Positions 45,541-59,049 of a stretch of DNA of 64,000 bases are shown here, piece by piece. Positions within the stretch are counted from its first letter, which is position 1; each line of letters begins with the position of its first letter. The notes under the pieces are model-generated. The model was given only the letters and a program-made list of their open reading frames with translations. It had not been told where the DNA came from and made no database searches. Source of the stretch: Podarcis cretensis (lineage: Eukaryota); contig OX638153.1 of NCBI GenBank assembly GCA_951804945.1, positions 59,272,001 through 59,336,000 of the forward strand, given 5' to 3'. Both the position numbers and the translations under genes were made by a program.

Positions 45541-46274
45541 TAATGAACTCCGCCCACCAACACATCTCCAGAAGGCAAGGTGTTGACCCTTAGCTACTGC
45601 AGACAGGCGATCTGAACCCAGGCCTGCCCACTCCTAGCCTGGCACACTAATCACCACGCCATGTTGGTTCTCATCCGATGGAAGTGCTTATTCTGACCAA
45701 GCCCTGTATTATGACACCACACTCAAGTGAGACACCTGATCCAAACACAGGGATACTGCGTTACAATAGCTTTTGTTGCAGCTGAGCACCAGTGAGAGGA
45801 AATCTTCCCTTGGACCACTCTCCCCACCCCACCCACATACAGCAGAGGGGCAGCCCATCACCTTTACCATCCAAACAGCCTGTCTCTTCCAAGACCTGGG
45901 TTGTCTGATAGCTTATCAATAATTCACAGGTACAAATGATAGCTTGAGCTGTCAGGGTCCGGGAACCACATGCTGTCCCGAGGAGGGGCATTTAACAACT
46001 AATGCGCTTCTGAGTTACGGGGGTGGGGGAGGAACAGCGCAGGGGATAAATATTTAACCAAGTGTCGCTAAGCAAATACACCATGACGGAGTCCTGGACA
46101 TTACCTTACCCTGAGACGCTCCTGGATAACTGTTAGTGCAAGTGGCAATGGGGACTCTGCTTCAGATACAGGCAGTGGGGGAGAAAATCAGGTTTTCCTG
46201 GCCTATGTAGTTTCGTAGCATATTCTGTTTAAGTGCAAGCAACTCCCCAGGATGCTGAGTTAAGACATAAGGTT

Positions 46275-46366
46275 TTGTTGCTGTTTAGTCATTTAGTCAT
46301 GTCCGACTCTTTGTGACCCCATGGACCAGAGCATGCCTGGCACTTCTGTCTTCCACTGCCTCCCGC
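46275..46366 (-). mobile_element. Bov-B/RTE LINE 3' end
   Basis: Homologous to the 45085 copy; TSD aagacataaggtt at 46262-46274 and 46367-46379. Confidence 0.85.
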
Positions 46367-48173
46367 AAGACATAAGGTTAGGATGATTTAAATGCCAAGA
46401 GCCAAAGAAAGGAAATACTGAATGTTAGCAGCCTGTACTCTGAACAGTGAAAAAGGCACTAAAAGCAATGTTAAGATCTCCATAATTATCAATATAAATC
46501 ATTCATTAACTGGATGCCACTTTTAAGGTTTGTCCCCTGCGCGCGCGCACAAACACACACACACACACATGGATTTTAGCTTAATTAAGTATAATACTCT
46601 TATTTCCATGTTTCCATTTCAGCAGCTGCCCTCTCTTAATTTGATACAAACCTTAATTTCTTTTATCCCACATTTCATCAATCAGTCGCCCTCTAGTTCC
46701 ACAATAGGAGATATTCTCATGAGAAAATGCCAGGATAAAATTGGTTTAGTGCTAAAATACATCTGGGACATGAAACCAAATGGCTGTATATTATATGAAA
46801 GAACACCTGGCATGCTTTCTAGTAAGCACATTGATTTGAGATGAAAGAATGCTCTCTGCAAGAGGACTGCTGGGAAAGAGGATTGTTTGACGCCAAGCGA
46901 CTCTGTTATGCAAAGTGGACAAATGCCATTCTCCCTCTCCTTAGCCTTGACTGCAGCCTGTTTGTTGATGGGAAACAATGCATAGTAATGGGCAACTGAA
47001 TACAGCTAGAAACCCTTTGTTCCAAGCATCTGTAACATGCATTGGATGGGGAATCACACCCATCCCTAAAAAGCGGGTTCCAGCTGGGATAGCTGGAAAA
47101 TAAACATCTGGGGCTGCATGAAACCAAATGACAATTAAAAGAAACTGTAAGGTAAAGAGCTAGTTTGGATTTGGGAATGCTGAACTGAAATAGCAAAAGA
47201 GCAGGTACTGCCAATATGCTTGCTTACCATATATCTCCTTCAGCAATTGAATGCTGAATGCATTTATATAATTTTACTTTCTCTGCACTTGAACTTTTAC
47301 ACAGTTAGACTGACAATCCAAGGTGAACTGGCAAACCAGCCAGCAAAGCACTGTAGCCAGTTCAGCAAATAGTTCTGCAGGTGCCCACTCTTAAGAGGCT
47401 GGGCAAAACAGGGTTGTAATTTGCCAAGTTTAAGGGTTTGAGTGTGTGAACGGTTCATTATATCCATGGGATGGCAGAGCTGGTGATAGCCTGCCTGAGA
47501 CAGCTTGGTGCTTAGGGGTCCTGTGGATGAGAGAGTCACAAGCTTGTGACCCCATTGGTTGAGAGCAGGACCACCTATATTCGGGGCTGCAGAAGGGGGA
47601 TTAAATTAAATGGAGATAGAAACAAGCTGGGATATTTCAGCTGAAACCTTCACTTCCTCGAGACTCACATTTAAAGACTTGGGTCTGCCACCACTCTGTG
47701 CAGTTTGGGATGGTGACAGGCAGAATGATGACAAGTGAGCTCAGTAGCAAAAGAGTGAAGCACTCGTGCCAAAGAGGTGGGGGCTAATAATGACAGACCG
47801 CGCCTGTCACCAAGGCCTATGCACTTTAACTTGGGTGGGCAGCCAGGGGCAGTTCATTGTGACAAAGAATTACAAAAGGGACACAAAGGAGCCGCATGCT
47901 TCACTTCCTGTGACCTTCCCTGCAGACTGGGTGAGGTCTAATTCTTCTCATGAGCGTAGAGGCTGGGCTTTCTGTGCAAATCCCTTAGCCAGAGCAGCAG
48001 AATAGGTGTATTTGTTAGTGGCAGCCTGAGGGGAAATGCCTATCATCAAATGCAAAGATTTTTGGGAAGAGGCAATGAGGAGTGTGTGTGTGTGTGTGTG
48101 TGTGTGTCTGCACACAAATACATGCACATGAGGACAAATATATATGAGGACTTCTCAGCTTTCAGAAGCAGGT

Positions 48174-48323
48174 GTTGGGATAGCTTAGTCAGTAGAGCAT
48201 GAGGCTCTTCATCTTAAGGTTGTGGGTTCGAGCCCCATGTTGGGCAAAAAGATTCCTGCATTGAAGAGGGTTGGACTAGATGACTCTCACGGTCCTGTCC
48301 AACTCTACAATTCTATGATTCTA
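48174..48323 (+). mobile_element. tRNA-Lys(CTT)-headed SINE with CR1 3' tail
   Basis: tagcttagtcagtagagcatgaggctctt...gtgggttcgagccccatgttgggc head; gattcctgcattg...gggttggactagatgac...ttctatgattcta tail. Confidence 0.8.
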
Positions 48324-51300
48324 CTATGCCAAGTGCTGACCCTAAAAGTCAGCAGAGGAAAAGGAATACCCCAAACATCAAATTTTGAGAAATAGCAGCA
48401 AACTGTCAGTTATTTAATCAATTTAATTATTTGCACTGTATTTGGGGAGAGGGTGCCACTTTTTCCCTAAGGAGAAGAAATACTTGTGTGCATATCCAGA
48501 ACAGGAAAAGGTAAGTGGATGACAAGGGAGTAGTTACTGAGGTGGGGAGCAAAACCACAGAGCATGGGAACATTCCCCACAAGAACGGCCATTGGTGTAA
48601 ATGGGAAACTGCTGTATAGCTGTGGAAAGCATAGGACTTAAACTGTGCCTATGTTGAACCTCAAATGACAATAGCACAAACAGAAAAATTGGATCAGAAT
48701 GACTAGTTGCAAGTTATTGCTTTGCCTAGAAGCCCCTTACCACAGACGAACATGGGTAGTACCAGACAACACCTGACAACAACTATTAAAACCGCCTGAG
48801 AAAGATCCAACTAGCCTACCATAGTTTGCACACATAGCAGTATATATTAGTTATTATAGCTAAGAATGCAAACCTCACATTCATCTGTTTGCAAGACACT
48901 GGTGATGCTCACCACAACTGGGGATGACCAGCTGTACCCTGCCCTAGTTGTGGGTTTTTCAGGTGCATGGAGTGGCCATTGCCAGGGTCAGACCAAGTCA
49001 TTTTGGCACCTGAGGTGAACCACAAAATGGCACCCCACTCTCTGCCATGGAAGGAGTGGAGATCTATATCAGGTAACAAGGTGGGGGGTGGAGAATAAAG
49101 TTCTGCATTGGGAACAAGGGTGGGAGGAGAGCAGCAGCTCCTCCTATTCACCAAGAGGCCACTGTAGAAGTGACATGGAAACGGTTGCCCAAGAAAATGG
49201 CAGATCCGGCTTCCAAGGAGTGTGCCGCAGTTGTTGCTGTTACCGCAGTGGGCAATGCATTCCTTGGAAGCTGGATCTGCTGTCCCTGTGGATATTGGAG
49301 ATGGTTGCCTCATCTACCCCATGGGTAGGTCAGCCCTGGCTGCTGCAAAAGACAGAATGTTGAATTAGATTGGCCTATGGACCTGGCCAAAAACTGCTTT
49401 TCCTGGGGAGTCCTTCTGAAAAGGGTCTGAGGAGCGATGAGATAATGCCACACAGCCCAGCCCTTCAAAGCTGCCTGGCAGCAAATCCGGTTACTCCTGT
49501 CACATCTTTTACAACTCCCTTTCATCTGGATTGAATGCTTCCTTCTGAAAGCCTGAGTCAAAGGGCTTCCTGTTTCTGATCCTAATCTATGGCCTTATTT
49601 AGCAAGGCAGCACTTATGCTCTTCTTCACAACTGTGTGATGCTCCCTGCCACAGTTTGCCAGTCATGTACGCATGCACCACCTTATTATAATTCTGAATC
49701 TATAGAGAATGTTGCAAAAAGGGACAGAGCTTGTCATTGTTTAAAAAGTTTCTTAGGGGATGTAACAAGAGGAGTTCCGTCAAATCTGGGTGGTCGAAGC
49801 CTCAGGTCTCCGATGCAGTCCCCACATCCTCCCCCCGCCCCACATATATATGGGTTGAGACAGCCAGTGTAAAATCTGAGGAGGCCAATCCAAAGTCATT
49901 CACTCTGTGTGGGTGATTACATTTCACTATTACATATACTCAAGGGTTAGATTTAAGTTGGTTTAGTAAGCTGAGATAGGTTTGCATTTCCTCTCCTCAG
50001 CTGCCCCCGTAATATCTCAGTAAATCCCCTATTTATGTCAGGAAAATCTGTTTCGCTTCTGCTTATCCAGAAAGCACAGCTTTTTCATGCAGTCCTTTGA
50101 CCCTGAGCATCAGGAGCTCAAACCTTCACTGGCACCGACAGTCTGTTCAGCTGAGTAGCATACTGGCAGTGGGGGGTGGGAGAGCCACAAGGGCAAGGCA
50201 AAGTAGCGACTATGCTAAGAGAACAAGGCTATAAAAATGTGGAGATGGGCATATTCATGATGTGTTCTGCCTTCGAAGGCTCCATGCAGGGCCAGCTGGA
50301 GGCCTTGTATATATCCTTTGCTCTTTGTCACAGATTTCCTGCCTGACTTGAGCATTGCCCCAAAGTAGCCAAGCACCTTCATCAGCCACTGTTGCCTCTC
50401 CTAGTCAAAATATTCATCACCCTGACCCTCCCTTGCAGCACCAGGTGGCTCAGTCCTACATCTGCTATACATTACAATCCCGAAGCCAAGAGGCAATTAT
50501 GTGCACACTATAAAACTGAGCTGGTGTGAGGTCCTGTTCCAACTAGAGTACTGTTTAAGCCCCTTATGGAGTCCTCTTACTTGTCTTTAGTTCTGAGTCA
50601 AAGAGTACAGTTTTCAAAATCCTGGGGAATCTCAAGACCCACAAATGAGATTTGGGCAGTAACCCATTAGGGACTGTCCCCTACCCAAGGGGCTCCTATG
50701 AAAAAGGTTTGGGAGTATTTCTTCCAGATGTCCTGTGTCTGAGCAGGTATCCTATTGTTTATCCCTTAATCTGGGATGTCACCACTCTATAGAACAAAAT
50801 AGGTTCAATTTGGATCTGACAACCCTGTCAGTTGATTAAGGCACGCCTGAGGCACTCCCAACAATACTAAAAGACATAGTTTAAGCAAAGTATTATGCTC
50901 AGCGTAGACTCCTTTATCTGAAAACACTGCTTTCTCCCACTGCCTCACCATCACTGACGACAGCCACCACCCACAAGGCAAACCTCCAGCTACACCACTA
51001 TGGAACAAGCCATTATCAGGAGCTGAGCAAATCAGAAAGGTTTGCCTCTCTGGTTAAGGGTGGGATAACTCTTTCTGTGGAGACCACCCATCCTGCAGCC
51101 ACAAGGCCAGTGCAAGTGCTGGCTAGGAGCGGAGACTCCACCGCCAAGGCGTAGAGGAGAGTGAATGTTTGCTTTTTCTCAGGTTAAGGCCCCCAAGCTG
51201 CCATGGAATGTCAGGGGTCAGCACCTGTGTAAAGGAAAATGGGCCGAATGAGGTCGGTAATCTATCTCCTGCTTCACCCCCTCCCCCTAGTCCTATGCAG

Positions 51301-51584
51301 CCCTGCCTCTTCATTCTGCACTATTTATTTTTTTATCATTTATGGAAGGAAATGAGAGAAAGTAGGAAACATGAATCCATGCAACCAGGCAGGCAGCCCA
51401 GCAGCAGAATGTCTGGAGAAAGCCAACAGGTGGGCTTCCCTCCAGCCTCAATTCCACCGGCTAAACCAGCCTTCCCCAAACCTAGTGCCCTCCAGAAGCA
51501 GAGGCAGACCTAGGGGTTGGCGAAACCACCTGCCACTAGGGGGCGCAGGCTGGGGAGGGCCCACAAATGTCACCTATCAGGCAT

Positions 51585-51906
51585 CCTGTATACCTGAAGG
51601 AGCATCTCCACCCCCATCGTTCAGCCCAGACACTGAGATCTAGCACCGAGGGCCTTCTGGCGGTTCCCTCATTGCGAGAAGTGAGGTTACAGGGAACCAG
51701 ACAGAGGGCCTTCTCGGTAGTGGCACCCACCCTGTGGAACACCCTCCCATCAGATGTCAAGGAAATAAACAGCTATCTTATTTTTAAAAGACATCTGAAG
51801 GCAGCCCTGTTTAGGGAAGTTTTTAATATTTAATGCTGTATTGTTTTAAACACTCAATTGGGAGCCGCCCAGAGTGGCTTGGGAAACTCAGCCAGATGGG
51901 CGGGGT

Positions 51907-51945
<39 letters not shown>
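51585..51945 (+). mobile_element. 5'-truncated L2 LINE (ORF2 C-terminus, 3'UTR, (AAT)n tail)
   Basis: PVYLKEHL...TLRSS...[15 protein letters not shown]...FKRHLKAALF is the typical L2 ORF2 end. Confidence 0.9.
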
Positions 51946-52029
51946 TGACATCCTCCCATGACACCTGGAGCACATGCCACCTCAGCTCAGTGCTACAGAA
52001 GGAATCCACCAGGATCTCCAATAGGAGAA

Positions 52030-52055
52030 GCTGCTGCTGCTGCTGCTGCTGCTGC
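52030..52055. repeat. (CTG)n trinucleotide repeat
   Basis: Direct reading. Confidence 0.9.
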
Positions 52056-54189
52056 AAGAGGGGACAGAAAGAGGTCCTTGGAGCAGCTTCCAGGCAGGGG
52101 GCAGTGTGGGCACCCCATCCAACCCTGAAGAGGCATGTTCCTCCTGTCCAGGCAACCTTGCCTGCTTTTTAGATTTGGGGAGGGGCAGCAGAGATATAGC
52201 TCCCTATCAGAGGATGCAAGGGACCCTAGGTATGTCTCTATCCAGAAGTTTTGGACTACAACTCCCAACAGCTTCAGGCAACACATGTGTTGGCTGAAGC
52301 TGACAGAAGTTGCAATCTGAATCATCTGCAGGGCACCAGGATGGAGAAGGCTGGGCAAGAGTGAGCCAGAACAAATGGTCCAAACCACCCGTTTGTGGTG
52401 CTATTTTCTCAGCTAAAAGACAGAGCCCTGTAGCATCCAAATCAGTCTTCCCAAAAAGGTAGCATTAGCCTTTTTCTTCCACTATATGCTCAACTGTACA
52501 CTGGCCTAGTACTGTGTACAACACTCTGGAATCTGGCACAAGTTTGGCTCCCTGAGATGTTCCGCTTTTATTTAAGTTGGGTGTGTGGGGAGAAAGCATT
52601 CAGAGCTCAGGATGAGAAGAACAATGCAGATTCCATTCTGAAGTGGAAGGCAGATTCTAAAAAGATGCTCTTTGATGAACCTTCCATGCATCAAGAAACC
52701 ATGCAGTGATACAGTGCTCTATTTCTCCTCATATGCAAACCAACAGCAGCCTAAATCCCTAGGTATCAGTGCAGTGGTCACAGACCAATTCAGTTTGTAC
52801 ACAGACACAGACACACCAGTTCTGACTTACGGCCCCAGAATGTAAAAACTTTATTCTTCTGCACATTTCAGATTTTGGATTTTCTTGCAGACACAGATTC
52901 TGAACAGTCTTGGGCACTGGACCATAAAAGGCTGCCCTCCCCCCCCCAAAAAAAAATGGGGTGGTGGTGCCCTCTACCAATTGGATTGAGATAGCCAATG
53001 TGCAGAATGAGGAAGACGTTCAATGACACACTTTGTATCACCTGGTACTTTCCAACTGGATACATACAAATATGTTCAGCTTGTAGGATTATGTTTATGT
53101 GATTCACTAGCAAACATGACTTTATGAGTTGAACACTTCAAAAATACATAAGCAGCAGTTGCCAAGGCAATGTGGACAGCCAATGATTAATACATGAACC
53201 TGTCAGATCAGGTGGTAAGATAGGTGGTGATGGGGTGGTAGGCAGAAAACAAACCAAATGGTGAGCAGCAGAAGAAACAACAGAGGCAGAGGAGATGCAA
53301 CAGGAGGCTTTTGAGTGCCACTGTTTTGGGGTAGGAATCAATCACATACAGTACTGGAAACCCCTGTTTTAGGTGTGACTGATATGTGTGCAATTGCACA
53401 CATGTGCACAGGGCCGAACCCAGAAGTAACCCAGAAACTTCATAAAAGACGTCTCTAAAAGGGCAAGGCAACGGCAGCAGCAAGAGCAGAACAGAGTGTT
53501 TCAATTGTATGTGATTTCATGCAAGCGCACAATGACCCGGAACGCAACCCCCGCGCAAATCAGGGGTTGCCTATAATCAATTGGGAGGGCTTGAGCCAAA
53601 AACCCACTTCCTCCCAAATATCCTTTTTTTTTTTTACAGTAATGGAAGTGACGGGGGCAAAGCAGTGGACTTGCTTTGATGCAAAGTCATCTAACCTCCC
53701 TGCAAAGAAATCAGAATGAATGCCCATTATATAGTCACCATCATCTGAATTTCCTGCAGAGAAATAAGGATAAACAAATAGTTCACATGGAAGCACCAAC
53801 AGAGGCAGGTGAAATAGGCCAACAGCCTGGCAATAAAGAAAAAACCAACCAAATCATAAAACAAACAACTTGTTTTTCTACTGTAAACGACCCTGTGATG
53901 GCAGTATATAAATTTAATAAACAAAAATAATATATACTAAAATACACCACCAAATAAGTAAGGCAGCCAAAAACAACCAAGAAGGTAAAACAATAACCAG
54001 TTTACAGAACTTAAAATACCTGGGCAAAAAAAGCACGTCTCATACCCTCCAACATGTTGAGTCCCAAAATTGGGATGTGCGTCTTCCCATCCATGCTCGC
54101 ACTCAAGTCATGCGACCTGCGTAAGATCACAGACCCTCCAAAAGCATGCTTTTTGGGGGCTGGGCTGTCATGGTGACCAAAAACAAACA

Positions 54190-54320
54190 AAATAAAAGGG
54201 CACATTCTACTTATGTAAATACAGATAAAATACAGACCAAATTCCCGGACCATCCTCAGGCTGGATTTAGAAGGCAATTGGGCCGGATCTGGCCCCCAGG
54301 CCTTAATTTGCCTACCCATG
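54190..54320 (-). mobile_element. Partial hAT MITE, same family as 43119-43366
   Basis: ttagaaggcaattgggccggatc...ccttaatttgcctacccatg is the reverse complement of that element's left end. Confidence 0.75.
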
Positions 54321-55117
54321 CCCTAGGGCAAGATGGTCCTTCAGACATCCCTGTGGTGGCAGTTGGGGGAGGGACTGGTTTTCCAAGGTCTCAGGCAGAG
54401 GTCTTTCATATCTGCTACCTGACAGCCTTTTCTCTGGGGAACATGGAACATGCAAGAGCATATGACTGGCTTTGCCTATGAAAGGAAGACAGAATAATGC
54501 ATCAGATGCAGGTTGAATAGCCCCCCACCCCTTCCTGGTAAAGAGGCAGAGGGAGGGAAAAGGACTTTGGTTTTTATTCTGTGGCTGCTTTAAATTTGTT
54601 TTAGATTTTATGGTAAGTTTTATTGTTATAGTCTTGTATTTTATAGCTTTAATCTCTTATCTTGTGCACCACCCAGAGAGCTTTGGCTGTTGGGCACTAC
54701 AGAAAAATAATAAGCAAGGAGTTTGCTTTTCTAGTAGAAGAAAACCATTTCGGGGGCAGGGACTAGGATTGGAAGCTGCCAGATGTGTGCCGAAGGTGGG
54801 GGTGGGGAGCCCTTTTCAGCAGGAAGGCTGCGTAAATTCTGGGGACACATGACAGTCAGTTGTGATGCCGGGGCAAAGGCAAAAGTGGCCGGAGCAATGA
54901 ATGTGAATCTTAACTTTGTAAAGCAGGCCAGTTTCTGCACATAAATATGCAAACGACAGGCATGATCAGAGTTCAAGGATACATTCCAGTCAGGCAGAAA
55001 TACTCCGTATGTGATGTTCTCAGGGCCCTGGAGTACCTCATCCAGCCCCCAGGCCTGATGTTTCCCTATGCTGGCCTAGGTGACCCAAGAAGTCTACAGG
55101 ATACAAGCCAGATACTT

Positions 55118-55268
55118 GTTTCAGATGAAACAATGGGTCAGTGCACCTGGCTGTTAACCAAAAGGCTGGTGGTTTGAGCCCACCAAGGGATGGCTGTGAG
55201 CAGGATTCCTGCATAGCAGGGGGGTGGATTAGATGACCCTCAGGATCCCATCTCTACAATTCTATGAT
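55118..55268 (+). mobile_element. tRNA-Asn(GTT)-headed SINE with CR1 3' tail
   Basis: caatgggtcagtgcacctggctgttaaccaaaaggctggtggtttgagcccaccaagggatg aligns to tRNA-Asn-GTT; same gattcctgcat...tagatgacc...ttctatgat tail. Confidence 0.75.
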
Positions 55269-55430
55269 AGGATATTGACAGCAAGGGGAAAGGATGCCCA
55301 GCAGTGCATTTGCCATGGAGCCAAAGTGAGCCCAGGCAAATCACACACTGCTCAGGGGGATGTCAGGTGCGTTAACAAACTGGCATAGATCCCAGACTGG
55401 CAGGCAGTCTGCCCAGTCTTTCTCTCTTGA

Positions 55431-55444
55431 ACACACACACATAA

Positions 55445-55494
<50 letters not shown>
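55431..55494. repeat. Compound (AC)n(AG)n microsatellite
   Basis: Direct reading. Confidence 0.9.
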
Positions 55495-55496
<2 letters not shown>

Positions 55497-56814
55497 TATT
55501 ACATGCACAGGGAAAGAGGAGCAGCTGACAAATGACAGAGGAGGACCCAGGACGCCCAGGCAGTTCTGTCGCCTTTATTGCGGCTGACCTAAAACCAAAT
55601 ACCCAGGCCCTTGTCTCCCGGGCGACACCTGAAGGGCCCTGTTCCTTAGCAACGAAGAACAATAGCCCATGGGAAAAACACATGCAGCTGTTTCTTGGCA
55701 AACTGCTGGGTCCTGTTCTGGCTCCAGGTCCCTGCTGGCAAAGAATGGGATCCTGAGGACCCGGAACTGTCCTGAGATGAACAAACTAGTCCAGAGAGGC
55801 CCTCTTAGGAATGATACCCTCCCGACTCCTGCAGGACATGCTAATCCACTCTTAGGGGCCATAGAAAAGAGTCAGATATGTCCATTAGTTTTTTTCTTGC
55901 AGCCAAGTGTGCCAAGCATCTGGGGGTGCAAGGCAATTCTCACGCATAGATGTTTCAGGCACTCCTCAGAGGAGTCACGCAATGCATTTGCAATGTGTAC
56001 GAGAACAGGCAGAAAGCCAGGATTCCCATGTTTCATTCATTCCCATATCTGCGAGAGGAGTAGGAAGTCGGGGGGTATCAGTTGTGCAAGAAGAGTGGGC
56101 TAATATAATGGATTGGGGGGCGGGGAGGATCAGAAGTAGGTGTCACAACTCCTGCACTGACTTGTTTCTTACAGTTAATACACCTTTGAAGAGAAGCTAC
56201 ACATTTACTGAGTGTGTAACTAGTCCACCTATGCCCTCAATAACTTAATAAATCCCATCCCCTTTTCCAGATTCCAAGTAAAGGGGATGGAAAAATTTGT
56301 GTCTGCCAGTCAGCTAGGTTTAGTCACTATTCTGAGCCTACTAACAATGTGTTCGCATTTCTGCTCCTCCATGTCCAAGGAAGTATCAGCAATGCAACAG
56401 AATCCTCCACACAAATATGCACACATAAAGCTTCAGGAATGTGTTGCAGAACTGAAAGAACAGTGTGCTATTTTTCACAGCAGCCATTCTCTTTATTAGC
56501 ACTACTGTTTAGCTCGTTCCCAGTGCAAGAACTCTGTACATCCAGCAGCAACTGCTTGGGACTTAGGGCTTTAGTTTACTACCCAGATTTCAAGAGATTC
56601 ATCCTTATCCAGAGCTGTCTATAATCTACACCTCTCTCCCCAAAATTCAAACCCCCTCCCATGAAAGAAACTCACATTTGTACCAGGGGAATTCAAATTC
56701 AGCACACAGAATAAATTATGAAAATGGGTAAATATGTAAAATATTTTACCTACGTGCATACACTCTTGAGCTCACTGTTTGAATGGTAAGAGTTGATTGG
56801 CAGTGGAAAAGATG

Positions 56815-56966
56815 CTCACAAGAGGAGGTGGACTCTGCTTCCTGGGAGGTTTTTAAGCAGAGGCCAGATGGCCATCTGTCATGTATGCTCTAGTTGAGAT
56901 TCCGGCATTGCAAGGGGTTGGACTAGATGACCCCACCAGGGTCTCTATGGTTCTATGAATATGAAT
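56815..56966 (+). mobile_element. CR1 LINE 3' end
   Basis: gaggtttttaagcagaggccagatggccatctgtca...ggggttggactagatgacc...ttctatga. Confidence 0.75.
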
Positions 56967-57263
56967 GGTTCAATTTCTTTCTTGATGGGAATGATGTAGC
57001 AGCAGGAGGAGATTTATGTTTAACTGAGGAAAAGCTATTGGTAGAGGCAAACTTGCGGGTCACAGGTTCCTGGATACTAGAGCCTTTTATAAATACAGTG
57101 TTGACGTTTCAAATGTATCACCATGACCCCAAGGCATTGAAACATGCTACTTTCTTACATGAAAAATGAGGTTTTGTCACAAGCACCAAATTTTGTATCA
57201 CATACTAGATTTCATGAGAAATACTACACATATTGAAAGTACAGGTGTTAAACAAGTATATTA

Positions 57264-57618
57264 AAGGTAAATGTAAAGGGACCCCTGACCATAGGTCCAG
57301 TCGTCACCGACTCTGAGGTTGCGGCACTCATCTCGCTTTATTGGCCGAGGGAGCCAGCGTACAGCTTCCGGGTCATGTGGCCAGCATTACTAAGCCGCTT
57401 TTGGAGAACCAGAGCAGCGTACAGAAACGCCATTTACCTTCCCGCTGGAGCGGTACCTATTTATCTACTTGCACTTTAACGTGCTTTCGAACTGCTAGGT
57501 TGGCAGGAGCTGGGACCGAGCAACGGGAGCTCACCCCGTTGCAGGGATTCGAACCGCCGACCTTCTGATCGGCAAGTCCTAGGCTCTGTGGTTTAACCCA
57601 CAGAGCCACCTGCGTCCC
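57264..57618 (-). mobile_element. Sauria SINE, full length
   Basis: Head GGGACGCAGGTGGCTCTGTGG; ACCTTT-type tail; TSD aaacaagtatatta at 57250-57263 and 57620-57633. Confidence 0.9.
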
Positions 57619-58099
57619 AAAACAAGTATATTATCTGGTGGTTATTCCAAGACAGGTATATATATCCATCACTTAGGTCCTGAGAATCCTCAGCTACCCC
57701 ATCTGCCTGAAACAGAAATGACCAAGTCCCATTTGCATTTACCTGTGTAACCTGCAGCTGTTTGGGGGTAACCATCAGTTCTGCCCATGTTTCCCTGAAT
57801 CAAACAACAGATATATTCCAAGGATCCAACACTCACTTGGAATCCATCAGAATGACCACAGATGTGACTGCAACAATTCCCATGATACCGTGCATTTCCT
57901 CTTCTGCTGCAATTACATGAATTACTGTCAGCCTTATCCTTGATGACATGGCAGCACACACATGACATTTGTCCATACAACTGCATACCCAGAGACAACT
58001 GGGACTATTTATGTGGATGAAAACAGCGCTTTGTGTGCGAAACTGCCCTTAGAATCCAAAATAAAAAAATTCTTTCCAGTAGCTACTGGAAAGCTACTT

Positions 58100-58191
58100 C
58101 CATTAGCGAAAGCGCGCCTCAGGATAAGAACGGTTTTGGGTTACAAACGGACCTCCAGAATGAATTAAGTTCATAACCGGAGGTACCAGTG
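58100..58191. mobile_element. Right half of a Tigger-like MITE (45315 family)
   Basis: ggacctccagaatgaattaagt..taaccggaggtaccagtg|ta matches 45498-45542. Confidence 0.75.
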
Positions 58192-58799
58192 TATATGGTT
58201 TATCACACTGTTTTACATAGAGCAGAATAGGTCTGAGTTCTGCACACTGTGGTATTAGAAACTCCTCATATTCTGTTCATAAATAGATTAGGTAGAAAAG
58301 CTTTACTATATGTCGCATGCAGTTAAGATATTGTGCTGCCATTGTAAAGAGATGTGCAAGTCTATCATGAAAAGATTAAAATTTGCATGGGGAGACCCCT
58401 TCACTGATAATTTGGAAAGGCCCTTAGATTCCTAATCCTGCAGCTAAACCCAGCTCAGTGTGCTAAGCCCAGGACATGCCTTGGAATCCTCTTAGGAATC
58501 ATGCCACTGGCTTCTGCAGCAGTCTGCCTCCCATCTGAAGTACTAAGAACCCCTTTCCAATGCAATCACATTTTTTTCTTTTTTACATGGTCCCCTTTGG
58601 ATAATCTCAACCCTAGAAAAGTCAACGTGACTCTCTGCTTCTCTGTACGTCTGCAAAAAGTTTCTAACCCCAGATCTCTCTCAGACTTTCTCCACTGCCT
58701 CCTGTCCTACCATGGGGCTACCAAAGGGCAAAGCCACTGTCTCCTTAAAAGCTTCTCCATTAAAAAATACTTGGGGGGGGGGAGTGACTAGTTGTCAGC

Positions 58800-59049
58800 A
58801 AGAAGAAGAAGAAGAGTTTGGATTTGACATCCTGCTTTATCACTACCTGAAGAAGTCTCAAAGCGGCTAACATTCTCCTTTCCCTTCCTCCCCCACAACA
58901 AACACTCTGTGATATGAGCAGGGCTGAGAGACTTCAGAGAAGTGTGACTAGCCCAAGGTCACCCAGCAGCTGCATGTGCAGGAGCGGAGACACGAACCCG
59001 GTTCCCCAGATTACGAGTCTACCGCTCTTAACCACTACACCACACTGGC
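58800..59049 (-). mobile_element. Squam3-like SINE with (CTT)n tail
   Basis: Near-identical to 42260-42499. Confidence 0.85.

Noticed and set aside
44526-55192. Functional tRNA-Lys or tRNA-Asn genes
   Set aside because: Stems carry many mismatches, there is no oligo-T terminator, and each runs into a CR1 tail, so they are SINE heads
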